Source: a virus (Duplodnaviria > Caudoviricetes). From it: DNA of 39,424 nucleotides. How positions within the stretch are numbered: the first letter of the stretch is position 1; the number at the start of each line of letters is the position of its first letter. The DNA is taken from the IMG/VR virus record IMGVR_UViG_3300012933_000132, positions 1 through 39,424 of that record; one strand, given 5' to 3'. Below, piece by piece: positions 25,299-34,781 of the stretch. A program made the translations under genes and the position numbers. The notes beneath the pieces are model-generated. The model was given only the letters and a program-made list of their open reading frames with translations. It did not search any database and was not told where the DNA came from.

Positions 25299-27371
25299 TT
25301 ATAAACAAGTACGACCGGGAGTAGCAAAACCTTTTACTTCTTTCCCTTCGCTTATTCTATTATACGCTAATTTAAAAGCATTCAACTGATCAGATGCTCT
25401 AGTTCTTTGTCCTTGGAAAATGGACATAACACCAAGAGGAACTTGTGAGCGATGCATAATGGTTTGTTCTGCTTCTGGTGTGAGTTGACCAAGGCTTCTT
25501 AGTCTGTTATACTCATCAATCTGAGCACCAAGGAAAGCCTGAGCTTCTTTGTATTGAGGCATGAACGCTGCAATCTCTTCTCTGTTCCAGCTCTTGTCAG
25601 CATTCTGCAAGGCCCAATCAAGAACCCCACCTTCTTCTGCTGTCATACGTGCTGCTTGCTTCTCACCCAATGCAGCTGTAGCTTCTAGGCTACCACCCAT
25701 TCTGCCCCTGCCGCGCAGCTCTCTGCCTGTCCTACCTGTAGCAGCAACAGCCTTCATGTGCATGTCGTTAATAGCCTTATCAACAGACACAGGGTCTGCA
25801 TCAATGCGACCACGGAAGGCAGGGTCAAACACCTTCTCTGGGTTTGTTTCAAAAGGAACATCACCAGCCAGCTTTAGATAGGGGTCAGTACGCATAGAGC
25901 CTACTGAGCCAGCCATGCCAGCCCTGTTCAATGGGTCAGCAGCAACAGGCGCTTTACCCAAAGCAGCATTAGCTTCTTCCATTGTTCTAAAGCCATTACG
26001 CTCTAATGCAGCCTGCACTTCAGGGGTAACCTGTTGCGTAGAAACAACACTTGCTCTAGGAGGAGGAGCCAATGCAGCAGGAGGAACTTGTCCTTCTCTG
26101 GTGATCACTGGCTGCTCAGCAAAGCGAGGAGCTGTCTTTGTTTCCACCTGTACCAGAGGCTCAGGTAACTTGCCAGTAACCTGTCTCAGCTTAATCTCTT
26201 GGTCTTGAGCAAGCTTAGCTTTGAGCATATCAATCTCTGCTTGCTTAGCCTTGAGGTCAGTGTCTAATGAATAGCCTTTGAACAATGAAGCAACTTGTGG
26301 AGCTTCCTTAACATCAACAACCTTCTTTCCTTGGAACAAGGCAGGTGTTTGTTTTGTTGGTTGTGATTTAGTTGGAGACACCAAGCCTGTCATCTTTGAT
26401 GGCAGGTTATCAGCTGTCTGTACTGGAGCCTTAGTCTCACCTTGCAACAAAGAAGCTACTTGTTTCTCTGCTGTTTCTGTTACATCAACTGTTGTTCTTT
26501 CTTCTGACAGCTTTGTAATGTCTCTCTCAAGAGAAGCAACACGTTGGTCAATGAGGGTTTTCTCTAAGACAGACAGTGGTTTATAATCATACTGTGCATC
26601 CTTGAACACACGCTCATTAGTAACTGGCTCATCAATTGCTTTAGCAACATCTGACAACGCTGCGTCTGTAGCCTGCTTGCCTTGAGGAATGTCAGACAGA
26701 GGGACATCAGCCTTCTTTGTTAAGTAATTAACAATAGATTCAGCACCCTTACCAAGCACACCGCCCAGAGCAAAGCCAGCAACAGTGCCTACGCCTGCGC
26801 CTTTAGCACGGTCAGCAGAGAAGAAACCAGTGTCACCACCTTCTTTGAGGACAGGCTCTAAGAAGCCACCAAGAGCGCCTTGTGCAGCACCTTGTCTAGC
26901 CATAGTGCCAACGAGTGTAGCCCCACGTAATGGAGCAACAGCCACAGCAGGCAGGTTAATAGGGTCAGCAATGGCTCCAGCAAACTCAGCTGTACCACCA
27001 ATGTATGGATTGTTAGCAGAAGCAATCTCGGCTGCTTGTCTCTCAGCACGTAGACGTTCTGTGTCAGCTGTACCAGCCATTTGAGCAATGCCCTTGATGC
27101 TGCTACCAGCACTCTCAACAAAGCGTTTAACACCAGCAGAGAAGCCTGTGTTCCCTGTTAGGTGTGCTAAGATTTGTTGATCTGTATATCCTTCAGCTCT
27201 AGCGCCTGCAACATCAAAGCCTTTCTTACTAGCTAAGTAGTCAGCAACTTGTGCAGGAGAATAGCCTTCTTGTAAAGCTCCAGTAAGATCAAAGCCACCA
27301 GTAGGAGCCACATCTGTAGCCCCCACTGATGACATCATTTGCTCTTCTGGACTGAGCATTAGTTCAGCCAT
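25299..27371 (-). CDS. Internal virion protein
   Basis: 690 aa, Ala/Gly-rich N-terminal helices with repeated EGY(S/T)..Q motif. Confidence 0.6.
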   Translation of the reverse strand: MAELMLSPEEQMMSSVGATDVAPTGGFDLTGALQEGYSPAQVADYLASKKGFDVAGARAEGYTDQQILAHLTGNTGFSAGVKRFVESAGSSIKGIAQMAGTADTERLRAERQAAEIASANNPYIGGTAEFAGAIADPINLPAVAVAPLRGATLVGTMARQGAAQGALGGFLEPVLKEGGDTGFFSADRAKGAGVGTVAGFALGGVLGKGAESIVNYLTKKADVPLSDIPQGKQATDAALSDVAKAIDEPVTNERVFKDAQYDYKPLSVLEKTLIDQRVASLERDITKLSEERTTVDVTETAEKQVASLLQGETKAPVQTADNLPSKMTGLVSPTKSQPTKQTPALFQGKKVVDVKEAPQVASLFKGYSLDTDLKAKQAEIDMLKAKLAQDQEIKLRQVTGKLPEPLVQVETKTAPRFAEQPVITREGQVPPAALAPPPRASVVSTQQVTPEVQAALERNGFRTMEEANAALGKAPVAADPLNRAGMAGSVGSMRTDPYLKLAGDVPFETNPEKVFDPAFRGRIDADPVSVDKAINDMHMKAVAATGRTGRELRGRGRMGGSLEATAALGEKQAARMTAEEGGVLDWALQNADKSWNREEIAAFMPQYKEAQAFLGAQIDEYNRLRSLGQLTPEAEQTIMHRSQVPLGVMSIFQGQRTRASDQLNAFKLAYNRISEGKEVKGFATPGRTCL
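26165..26180. promoter_or_regulatory. 16-bp dyad, copy 7 (inside virion gene)
   Basis: Reads GTTACT-GGCA-AGTTAC on the - strand. Confidence 0.7.
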
Positions 27372-28244
27372 TTAACCTCCAAATTCAGAGAGTGGTCTAG
27401 TTGGTTTCTTACCTGCGGGTGGTTTAACAATGACACTATCAGGAATAGCTGAGCCTTGTCCTCTGTTAGTCATGAGTTCATTTACGCTGTTGTACACTAA
27501 GCCATCATTACCCATCACTTGGCCTTGTTTGTTTTGTCTACCAACAATGTCACCACGTGTGCCGGGAACGATGCCGGGAGCATACACTGGAATGGTGTAT
27601 TTCTCGCTCTCTCTAGCAGCACTGGCTCTTTCTACGTTAGCACCAGCATTCATCAATGCAGCCTTAGCTGTAGCTTCTTGTGCTTTAATCTGTGCTTCAA
27701 CCAAAGCAGAAGCTCTCTTCTTAGCTTCAAGCTGACGCTGCAAACCAACAACCTTAGCTTCATTACCAAAGGACATCTCTTGTGCAATTTGCTCTTCAAG
27801 AGTGAGCATGTCTTCTTTAGCTTTCTGTAGCTGAATAGTGGCTGTCTCAATATCAAGACCACCCTTCTTCACTACTTGCTCATCACGCATAGCTGCTCTT
27901 GCTTCTTTGTTAGCCATGAAAGCATCTTGTGTCAAGCCACGAGCACCCAGCTCTTTAGACAAGGCAGCATACATCTCTGCATCAGAGGTGAAACCCATAC
28001 CTTGCACTGTACGCATAGCTTCTTCAATGCCTTTAGCTCTCACCTGCTCTGGTGTACCGCCACCAAATAGACGACCAGCACCATAGCCAATACCTGCACC
28101 AGCGTTAGCTCCCATAGAAACAACTTGCTGCAACAGGCCTTGTTGTCCCATCTGTGCAGGGCTAACCATCTGGCTATCAAGGTAGCGTTGACCCAGCTCT
28201 TGTTGAGTGGGCATATTGAATAGTGTCATAACATCGCTTGCCAT
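27372..28244 (-). CDS. Internal virion protein
   Basis: 290 aa, Gly-rich then coiled-coil; synteny. Confidence 0.6.
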   Translation of the reverse strand: MASDVMTLFNMPTQQELGQRYLDSQMVSPAQMGQQGLLQQVVSMGANAGAGIGYGAGRLFGGGTPEQVRAKGIEEAMRTVQGMGFTSDAEMYAALSKELGARGLTQDAFMANKEARAAMRDEQVVKKGGLDIETATIQLQKAKEDMLTLEEQIAQEMSFGNEAKVVGLQRQLEAKKRASALVEAQIKAQEATAKAALMNAGANVERASAARESEKYTIPVYAPGIVPGTRGDIVGRQNKQGQVMGNDGLVYNSVNELMTNRGQGSAIPDSVIVKPPAGKKPTRPLSEFGG

Positions 28245-28253
28245 ATCTGTTCC

Positions 28254-29153
28254 TTAAGGGGTGTTAAAACCAGAAGTGTTAATATCTGGTTCAAAGGTTC
28301 TATTGCTGTTATTTGCGTTTTGATTCCATGGTGTATACCAAGAATTGTTTGTAGGTGAATTATTCTGTGGAGTAGAGAACATACCAGCAGCTGTTCTACC
28401 TGCCGAGCTAATCATATTAGCCTGAGACAAACCACCTGCTAGGTTGGCATTAGCAGCACCAATACCGCCTTGTAACAAAGCTTGTGCTTGTGTATTACCA
28501 GCGGAAACACCAGCCTTACCAATGTCAGCACCCAGAGTGAGGGGTGTCATACCGAGCTGTTCAATACCAGTACCAGAGGTGAACAAACCAGTGCCACGAG
28601 AGATGAGCTTGTCATACATGTTCTGACCATACTGTGTACCAGCAGCGCCAATCTCAGCATTAGCTCTTTCACGAGCAAGGTTTAAACCAAACTGATCTGG
28701 ATTGATGAGACCTGAGCCTTCACCACCAACATAACCAGAGGACAAACCTAGACCAATACGACCACCACCAAGCATCTTCTGACGCAAGGCCATGTCTTCT
28801 GCTTGTCTTGTAGGAGCAAGCAAACCCATCTGTTGGTCAACATACTTCTGTGCTTCTGCTTGTGGATTTGTACTACCCAGCTCAGCCATTGTTTTCTCAG
28901 CTTGTCCATAGAGCTGATCTCTAAAGGCTGCTAAGCGTGGGTCAATTTCATAACCAGCTGTTTGACCTGTTTCATCAAAGAAGCTCTTACCAAAGCCAGA
29001 CGTAATACTGTATGGTTTAAACTTAGCTGCCTCTGCTGCAATACGTGCAGATTCTAGTTGAGCCTGTGCGCTCTTCTCTGCTGCATCCCCAGCCATCATG
29101 CCACCCAATAGGGTTGCACCTCCTCCAATTACTGCTGCGGTAACTGCTGCCAT
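28254..29153 (-). CDS. Internal virion / DNA-transfer pilot protein
   Basis: Hydrophobic Gly/Ala N-terminus, AEAAKFKPY, Gln/Gly-rich. Confidence 0.6.
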   Translation of the reverse strand: MAAVTAAVIGGGATLLGGMMAGDAAEKSAQAQLESARIAAEAAKFKPYSITSGFGKSFFDETGQTAGYEIDPRLAAFRDQLYGQAEKTMAELGSTNPQAEAQKYVDQQMGLLAPTRQAEDMALRQKMLGGGRIGLGLSSGYVGGEGSGLINPDQFGLNLARERANAEIGAAGTQYGQNMYDKLISRGTGLFTSGTGIEQLGMTPLTLGADIGKAGVSAGNTQAQALLQGGIGAANANLAGGLSQANMISSAGRTAAGMFSTPQNNSPTNNSWYTPWNQNANNSNRTFEPDINTSGFNTP

Positions 29154-29485
29154 TATGCTGCTCCTTTAATCAAAACAGAGTCCACTTTGTGTGGGTCTTT
29201 CTCGTCTGTTGCGTGAATACAAAACCATGTACAATCTGTTAAGGCTGTTACACCATGGCATACGTTTGCTTTAATCTCAATACAAGCAGGGGCTGTAAAT
29301 CTTCTTGTATCACCATCTTCCAAGAGCAGTTCAACTTGGCCTTTAGCTAAAATGGACAGGTGGCTATAGTCATGCAAATGTTTAACGATAGCAGAGCCTG
29401 CTGGGAAGTTCATCTCTTTGGCGTATAAGCCATCAGAGAAGTGATGTGTGACATTATCGTTAATCTCTTTAAGAATGTCTCTCAT
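29153..29485 (-). CDS. Cupin-fold protein
   Basis: HLHDYSH...GQVE...APACIEIKANVCHGV. Confidence 0.7.
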   Translation of the reverse strand: MRDILKEINDNVTHHFSDGLYAKEMNFPAGSAIVKHLHDYSHLSILAKGQVELLLEDGDTRRFTAPACIEIKANVCHGVTALTDCTWFCIHATDEKDPHKVDSVLIKGAA

Positions 29486-29486
29486 C

Positions 29487-30182
29487 TTAAGCTTTCATAA
29501 TAAAGGCCAAAGCAAAATAGGGAGGCAGGTTCTTGTTAGTTCCTGATTCACCTTCTGCTGTAATAGTGTGTGTATGTGGAGCAGACATGTTGACACCGTA
29601 GTTTGTCTGAGGCTCACCACCGTTACCACTGTAACCTGAACCTATGCTGAATACACCTGAGTATCCACCAGTTGTGTTTGCAGCAGTTGGGAACGAACCT
29701 GTCAAGGTAGTAGAACCTGTAACGCCGCTATTGTGGTTGTGAGTTACAACAACAGAATCTTTACTACCGCCTGTTTGTGTGTTGCTTCCTGTTACAGAAG
29801 TCTTAGCAACTGTATCATCAAGATATGCACCAATGATGAACTTGTTACGTAAGTCTGGTGTACCATTACTACCGTTACATAAATTCCAACCAGTGGGAAT
29901 GTTTGAAATAAGACCACTCCACATGGCAATGATGCCAGAAGGGAAGAGGTTATTAACAAAGGCTGTAGTGGCTAGTTGTGTAGTGTTTGTACCAGCTGTA
30001 GCTGTAGGGCCTGTAGGTGTACCTGTAAAGGCAGGAGAAGCACTGTTAGCCTTGGTAGCAATGGCTACAGCGATGGCATCAAATTCATCATCCAGCTCTG
30101 TACCCTTAACACGCTTCAAAGGATCGCCTGTTGACAAGGCATCCTTAGTATCATATGATGTGAGTTTTGTATAGTCAGACAT
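29487..30182 (-). CDS. Short tail fibre / tail-collar-like protein
   Basis: SPAFTGTPT, GIIAMWSG...IPTGWNLCNGSNGTPDLRNKFIIGA, NLPPYFALAFIMK. Confidence 0.8.
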   Translation of the reverse strand: MSDYTKLTSYDTKDALSTGDPLKRVKGTELDDEFDAIAVAIATKANSASPAFTGTPTGPTATAGTNTTQLATTAFVNNLFPSGIIAMWSGLISNIPTGWNLCNGSNGTPDLRNKFIIGAYLDDTVAKTSVTGSNTQTGGSKDSVVVTHNHNSGVTGSTTLTGSFPTAANTTGGYSGVFSIGSGYSGNGGEPQTNYGVNMSAPHTHTITAEGESGTNKNLPPYFALAFIMKA

Positions 30183-30184
30183 GT

Positions 30185-31786
30185 TTAATAGTTCTTTCCT
30201 GTTTTAACGAATACATCAAGCTTCTGAATACTCAAAGGAGCACCATTCACTTCTGCTTCAAATCCAATTTGTATTGTCTTTCCTGAGCCACCTACAGCTG
30301 TCTTAGCATTCTCAATGAAAACACCAGAGCTATATTCAGCAATGTTATATTCAGCTATGTTATACTCTGCATATTGTCCTGAAGAAATAACAATGGGGTA
30401 GGAGCTATATGTGCTAGAGAAGTCAAAGCCTAGCTTAGCCACCATACGTTGACCACCACCACCAATAAGAACAATGCCTAAGTTCTTAGCAATCTTATTA
30501 GTTGTTGGTTGTTCAAAGTTGAAATGGTTGGTATAATATGTGAAGGTGTATTTAACACCGTTGTCTTGATAGCCATAATATTCACCAATACCATTAGGCT
30601 TACCAAAGTATAATGTTCCACTTCTGCATGACAACAAGGCATAAGCCTGATAGCCAAGCCATGATGTTACACGAGCTGCACCATCTTCTAGAGGTTTTCT
30701 TAAGTCAACGCAATAGACAGCAGGTGAAGCTGTGGATGGAAAGCTCAATAGATAGAAGGCATACTTCTCTGAGTAGCAGCTTCTCACCTCATCCATGTTA
30801 GTTGCTTCAATGTAACCAAACACATCATCACGAATGTTTAATGTGAGGTCTCTCATTGGCATACTCTTCTCTTGAACAGTACGACCTAAGCTTCTTACAC
30901 CAGAAGCAGACAAGAACAATACATCATTACCTGTCTTTTGAATGGAGTCTCTAGCAATGCAACCAACACCGGGCAAGACATCTTGCACATACATGGTGGA
31001 AGGGTCAGAGAAGTTATCGTCATTACCACGCAGCATAACAATGTTCTGTTTAAAGAACACAATGATGTAGCCGTTGTGTGCAGCAATGCCTGTCACTTCG
31101 TCTACGTTGTTAGGCAGCTTAGCAGACATGTTAATACTACCTGAGCTTCTGCCTGCACCTGTATTGAATGTAGGGAAATGAGCATCAGCAATGTCTGTTG
31201 ACCAATAGAGAGTGGTCTTATTGTTGTTAGTACCTGCTACCCAGAAACGTCCATATGCAGCTAAGGCACAGTTAGGGCCATTGTCTGTACCTGTACCAAA
31301 CACTGGTGTACTAAAGGAAGCACCACCATGTCCTGTATGGCTAACTAGCTTAGCAACAGACAAGCTTCCTGTCTCTCTTGTAAAGATGATAGGCTCATGG
31401 CTCTTCTGTACAATGAGGCAATGGTCATAAAGAGAAACCATCTGCCAGTTGTTTGCTGTAATTGTGTATGAGGCAGGGGTGATGTCTGTCAATGCACCAG
31501 CAACACCTTCTCTAAACAGCTTGCTATTACCACCACTAATGTAGTCTAATGTACCATCAGCATTAACATATTCAAACAAGCTTTTGATAGGGTTGCCAGC
31601 CAATGGTGTACTACCACCAGTGGTACGCATAGCCCAGCCCTTACGAGCGCCTAAGCGTCCATACTTATCAATGACACAGTTGTTAGCAACAAGAGCAAAT
31701 CCGTCAGACAACAAAGCCCCCGAGCTTTGGGTGTTAAGTCCAAAGAAGCCGGGAGCGCCTACTGATGCAGATTTAAGTTCTTTCAT
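30185..31786 (-). CDS. Tail nozzle / stabilisation protein (tubular B-like)
   Basis: 533 aa beta-rich, APGFFGLNTQ, GVGCIARDSI; follows the adaptor gene. Confidence 0.7.
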   Translation of the reverse strand: MKELKSASVGAPGFFGLNTQSSGALLSDGFALVANNCVIDKYGRLGARKGWAMRTTGGSTPLAGNPIKSLFEYVNADGTLDYISGGNSKLFREGVAGALTDITPASYTITANNWQMVSLYDHCLIVQKSHEPIIFTRETGSLSVAKLVSHTGHGGASFSTPVFGTGTDNGPNCALAAYGRFWVAGTNNNKTTLYWSTDIADAHFPTFNTGAGRSSGSINMSAKLPNNVDEVTGIAAHNGYIIVFFKQNIVMLRGNDDNFSDPSTMYVQDVLPGVGCIARDSIQKTGNDVLFLSASGVRSLGRTVQEKSMPMRDLTLNIRDDVFGYIEATNMDEVRSCYSEKYAFYLLSFPSTASPAVYCVDLRKPLEDGAARVTSWLGYQAYALLSCRSGTLYFGKPNGIGEYYGYQDNGVKYTFTYYTNHFNFEQPTTNKIAKNLGIVLIGGGGQRMVAKLGFDFSSTYSSYPIVISSGQYAEYNIAEYNIAEYSSGVFIENAKTAVGGSGKTIQIGFEAEVNGAPLSIQKLDVFVKTGKNY

Positions 31787-32433
31787 ACTGGATACCAAAT
31801 AGTGTCTTCTGGTCTACGTGCAGCGTCATATGCAATTTCATCAGCCAAGGCTCTCATGCCTGTACCGAAAGCATATTGGCTACTGTTACCACCGTCTTCA
31901 CCACGTTCTTCAATAGCCTTAGCAAAAGCTAACAACACAATGGGACGAGCAGGAACCATGATGTCATCACCGTCAGCCACTAAGTCTGTGTTTCTTACCA
32001 ACACGTTAAAGCGAATGGTGTATACAGAATCAGGGATTGGATAGATGTCAACCTGTGTATCACCATCATTGGAAACACCGTTCCAGTTATAATAGATGGG
32101 AGCACCGGTGGCTGTAGGCTCTTGTGCCAAGAAGAAACCATCAAACTCTTGACCACTCTTGTAGGTCATGAACATATTGGTTGTGTCATTCAACACATCA
32201 ATCACATTGAAGTTGTTCTTGCTGCCATTCAGCTCATAGTTAAACACATTGGCTGATGTGGTTAGTGTAAGGGTGGTACGCAAGGAAGACCAGTTCCAAG
32301 CATTCTCCACCTCATTACGGGCATCGTTAACAAAATCGCCAATGAGTCTACTGTAAGAAGATTCAGAGACAGACTGAACTTCTCTTTCTCTAAGTCTTCT
32401 AAGTACACTATTGACAGCTTCTAGGTATGTCAT
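31783..32433 (-). CDS. Tail adaptor (tubular A-like)
   Basis: MTYLEAVNSVLRRLRE...WNW...YPIPD. Confidence 0.7.
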   Translation of the reverse strand: MTYLEAVNSVLRRLREREVQSVSESSYSRLIGDFVNDARNEVENAWNWSSLRTTLTLTTSANVFNYELNGSKNNFNVIDVLNDTTNMFMTYKSGQEFDGFFLAQEPTATGAPIYYNWNGVSNDGDTQVDIYPIPDSVYTIRFNVLVRNTDLVADGDDIMVPARPIVLLAFAKAIEERGEDGGNSSQYAFGTGMRALADEIAYDAARRPEDTIWYPV

Positions 32434-32504
32434 CTAAGTTCCTTATATGTATTATACATAATAATGTTAATAACTATTACTCTTGTTATGTACTTATAAG
32501 TACT

Positions 32505-32533
32505 ATTATAACAGCTATTGCTTGTTTTGTCAA
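32505..32533 (-). promoter_or_regulatory. sigma70 promoter for the tail genes
   Basis: TTGACA-17 bp-TATAAT with TGn, followed by an AT-rich leader. Confidence 0.85.
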
Positions 32534-32543
32534 GTGTTTTTTA

Positions 32544-32801
32544 TTACCACTTCACCTTATCTGCCCAATATGCTGCACTCATTTTGCCTTTGGCAATGTT
32601 AGAAGCATGTCTAGCTTTGAAGGCTTCGTTCCTTTTGGAACCATCTGGGCTACCTGACACGCCTTGCTGACCAAACCTAATGGTCTTCACTGCGTCACCA
32701 CTCTTGGCTACCACTACGTGGCTCTTTGTTGGGTGGCTAGGGGTAGCCTTTGGCTTGTTATAACCTGACACCCCTGCTCTTGTTAGTCTTGAGTCTTTCA
32801 T
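32544..32801 (-). CDS. Conserved small basic phage protein
   Basis: GYNKPK.TP.HPTKSHVV...IRFGQQG...FKARH...SAAYWADKVKW. Confidence 0.75.
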   Translation of the reverse strand: MKDSRLTRAGVSGYNKPKATPSHPTKSHVVVAKSGDAVKTIRFGQQGVSGSPDGSKRNEAFKARHASNIAKGKMSAAYWADKVKW

Positions 32802-33265
32802 TTGTGCAGACCTTTCAAGTAGACAGTCTTGCCATCTTGCTTAACGGCTGTCAAAGCTTCACACTTCAGGTTGCTTGGGTCATAAGAGACATGCACCCAT
32901 CCACTATCAGGGATGCCGGGGGTATAGAATTCTAAGATGACCTGTGTAAAGGAATAGTTATCCACAATGAATTGAGCCAAGTCACCATTGGGAATACCAG
33001 CAATCTCGATGTCAGCTGCTTGGCCCTTGCAATGGTCAGAAGTACGTGATCCTCTTACAGCAGCATTAACATCAGGAGCACGATAGCCAGAGTTCACAGT
33101 GACAGACTTACCATAGTGTGTACGGATAGGCTGAACAATGTTATCCACAAGCTTCTGCAAAGCTGCAACCACTTCAGGAGTAGGGGTGTTGTCTAATCCA
33201 AAACGAGTAGCTGTATCACTCTTAGTGAATTCTTTTAGTGTAAAGTTGGCTGATAGTTGTGTCAT
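32798..33265 (-). CDS. Peptidase M15-family endolysin
   Basis: LSANFTLKE, SGYR...SDHCKGQAAD, WVHVS zinc ligands. Confidence 0.85.
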   Translation of the reverse strand: MTQLSANFTLKEFTKSDTATRFGLDNTPTPEVVAALQKLVDNIVQPIRTHYGKSVTVNSGYRAPDVNAAVRGSRTSDHCKGQAADIEIAGIPNGDLAQFIVDNYSFTQVILEFYTPGIPDSGWVHVSYDPSNLKCEALTAVKQDGKTVYLKGLHK

Positions 33266-33266
33266 A

Positions 33267-33761
33267 TTATTTACCTTTCTTTAACGCATCGTTCTTGTCT
33301 TTGCTGCCTTGGCTTGAACCAAAGAAATAGCTCAGCACCTGTCCTGCTGCACTAGTAATAAAACCAAGAGCATAGATGATGATGTTCTCTTGACTATCTG
33401 GGATGTTAATAAATAACAATACACCAATCAACAGAAAACAAAGACCAACAGTACCCAAAGCAAGGATAGGCACAACGAGCTTTTCAAGCCAATGTGCGTC
33501 AGGGCTGGTTGCAATAGCCAGATGAGCCTTACGAGCTGAGTCACGATCTTGTACTTCCAATTCAAACTGTTTCAAATCAATCTCCGCAAGCTTCAATGCT
33601 GCTTCTGGGTTGGCTGTTAGGTGAGAAGTTACAGCTTCCACAGTGTCTTCTACTCCCAGCTTCTCAGCAATGGCCTTAACAGCCATGCCACCCAGAGGGC
33701 CAGCTATCACAGTAGCTAGAGCTGGTGCTGCTCCTTTGAGCAGGTTCATTAGTTCATTCAT
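33267..33761 (-). CDS. Putative holin / membrane protein
   Basis: APALAT...GPLGG, DRDSAR, two TM helices, YFFGSS; adjacent to endolysin. Confidence 0.65.
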   Translation of the reverse strand: MNELMNLLKGAAPALATVIAGPLGGMAVKAIAEKLGVEDTVEAVTSHLTANPEAALKLAEIDLKQFELEVQDRDSARKAHLAIATSPDAHWLEKLVVPILALGTVGLCFLLIGVLLFINIPDSQENIIIYALGFITSAAGQVLSYFFGSSQGSKDKNDALKKGK

Positions 33762-33991
33762 TTCATCTCCTGTTTTAAACAAATTTCTGTTGCCTTGTTA
33801 ACCTTGATGTATAGGTATAGTTCAAAAGGCATGACAATAAACCATAGCAACGTCATCAATATAAGGAAGCTTATGTATTTGCTATCACTATCGCTGCCAT
33901 CAGTCCCCATGTTTCTGCCACCACCAGTGCTGCTATTGCCGCTATTGCCATACGTCTGTGACGCTTGGCTGCTCGTTTGTTTCGTAGCCAT
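33758..33991 (-). CDS. Small membrane protein
   Basis: One TM; stop coupled to next gene; start uncertain. Confidence 0.5.
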   Translation of the reverse strand: MATKQTSSQASQTYGNSGNSSTGGGRNMGTDGSDSDSKYISFLILMTLLWFIVMPFELYLYIKVNKATEICLKQEMK

Positions 33992-34587
33992 TGCTCTTCC
34001 TTCTTTTTACGTAAGGCCACCAGCCTAGCTGCTTCTTGTTGTTCTTGAATGATGCCCACTCTCTTAACAACTTTGGTGTATAGGTCTCCTAAATCTCCGC
34101 CTATTTGATACACCATTGTCTCTCTGATTTGCTTCTGAAGCTTAGCCACTTCTGTCATAGCATACTCAATATCCACTGAGCTGCTTAGCAATTCAGCATC
34201 ACTCTTAGCATCAAGACTATGTTCCTCTGCGTCTGCCAGCTTTTGTTTAAGCTGTGACATACATGTGAAGAACACCTTGAGCTGAGCAATGATGTCTAAG
34301 GTTATTGATAGTTCATCTTGAGCTACCGGAGCAGCTTTCTTAACAGCTTTCTTCTCCGGAATAATCTCCTGCTTAATGACATCTGGTGGTTCCTCTCCAA
34401 ACAGCTTACCCTTTAGGAAGCTCCAGAAGCCCTTAGAAGCCCCTGAAACTTCCTTGGCAATACCTACGGCAGTGTCTAAGGTTTTCTTGGCTTCTAGGAC
34501 TGTTCCTTTGTATTCCTTGTAGAGGTCACATCCTTGCTGAATTGCTTTTACAGCTGCATTAGCGGCAGCAAGAATGGCTAAAGGCAT
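33871..34587 (-). CDS. Coiled-coil protein with C-terminal TM
   Basis: 238 aa in the lysis region. Confidence 0.7.
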   Translation of the reverse strand: MPLAILAAANAAVKAIQQGCDLYKEYKGTVLEAKKTLDTAVGIAKEVSGASKGFWSFLKGKLFGEEPPDVIKQEIIPEKKAVKKAAPVAQDELSITLDIIAQLKVFFTCMSQLKQKLADAEEHSLDAKSDAELLSSSVDIEYAMTEVAKLQKQIRETMVYQIGGDLGDLYTKVVKRVGIIQEQQEAARLVALRKKKEEQWLRNKRAAKRHRRMAIAAIAALVVAETWGLMAAIVIANT

Positions 34588-34781
34588 TACTCTTCCTTCT
34601 TAATATCCTTGTAGATTTGAATAAGCTTATGACCAATCATCAAAGCTGTGTATATCAACGTGGCCCACAATACAAGTTCACTCACTTGATAGCCAGCCAC
34701 TGTTGCTAAGCTTATTGTCACTGGAGGTGCTGCCTTAGTTGCCAGAGCTGCCCCTGTTTCTGTTGTTAGATGATTGCTCAA
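34587..34781 (-). CDS. Small holin-like membrane protein
   Basis: 64 aa, hydrophobic core, charged C-terminus. Confidence 0.55.
   Translation of the reverse strand: MSNHLTTETGAALATKAAPPVTISLATVAGYQVSELVLWATLIYTALMIGHKLIQIYKDIKKEE

Noticed and set aside
25285-25310. Sequencing frameshift between the two large virion ORFs
   Set aside because: A clean stop followed by an AAGGA RBS and ATG indicates a genuine gene boundary
6848-33149. Isolated DnaA boxes at 6848, 24554, 32958 and 33141
   Set aside because: Each coincides with Val-Asp-Asn/Lys codons and is unclustered; not separable from coding constraint without statistics
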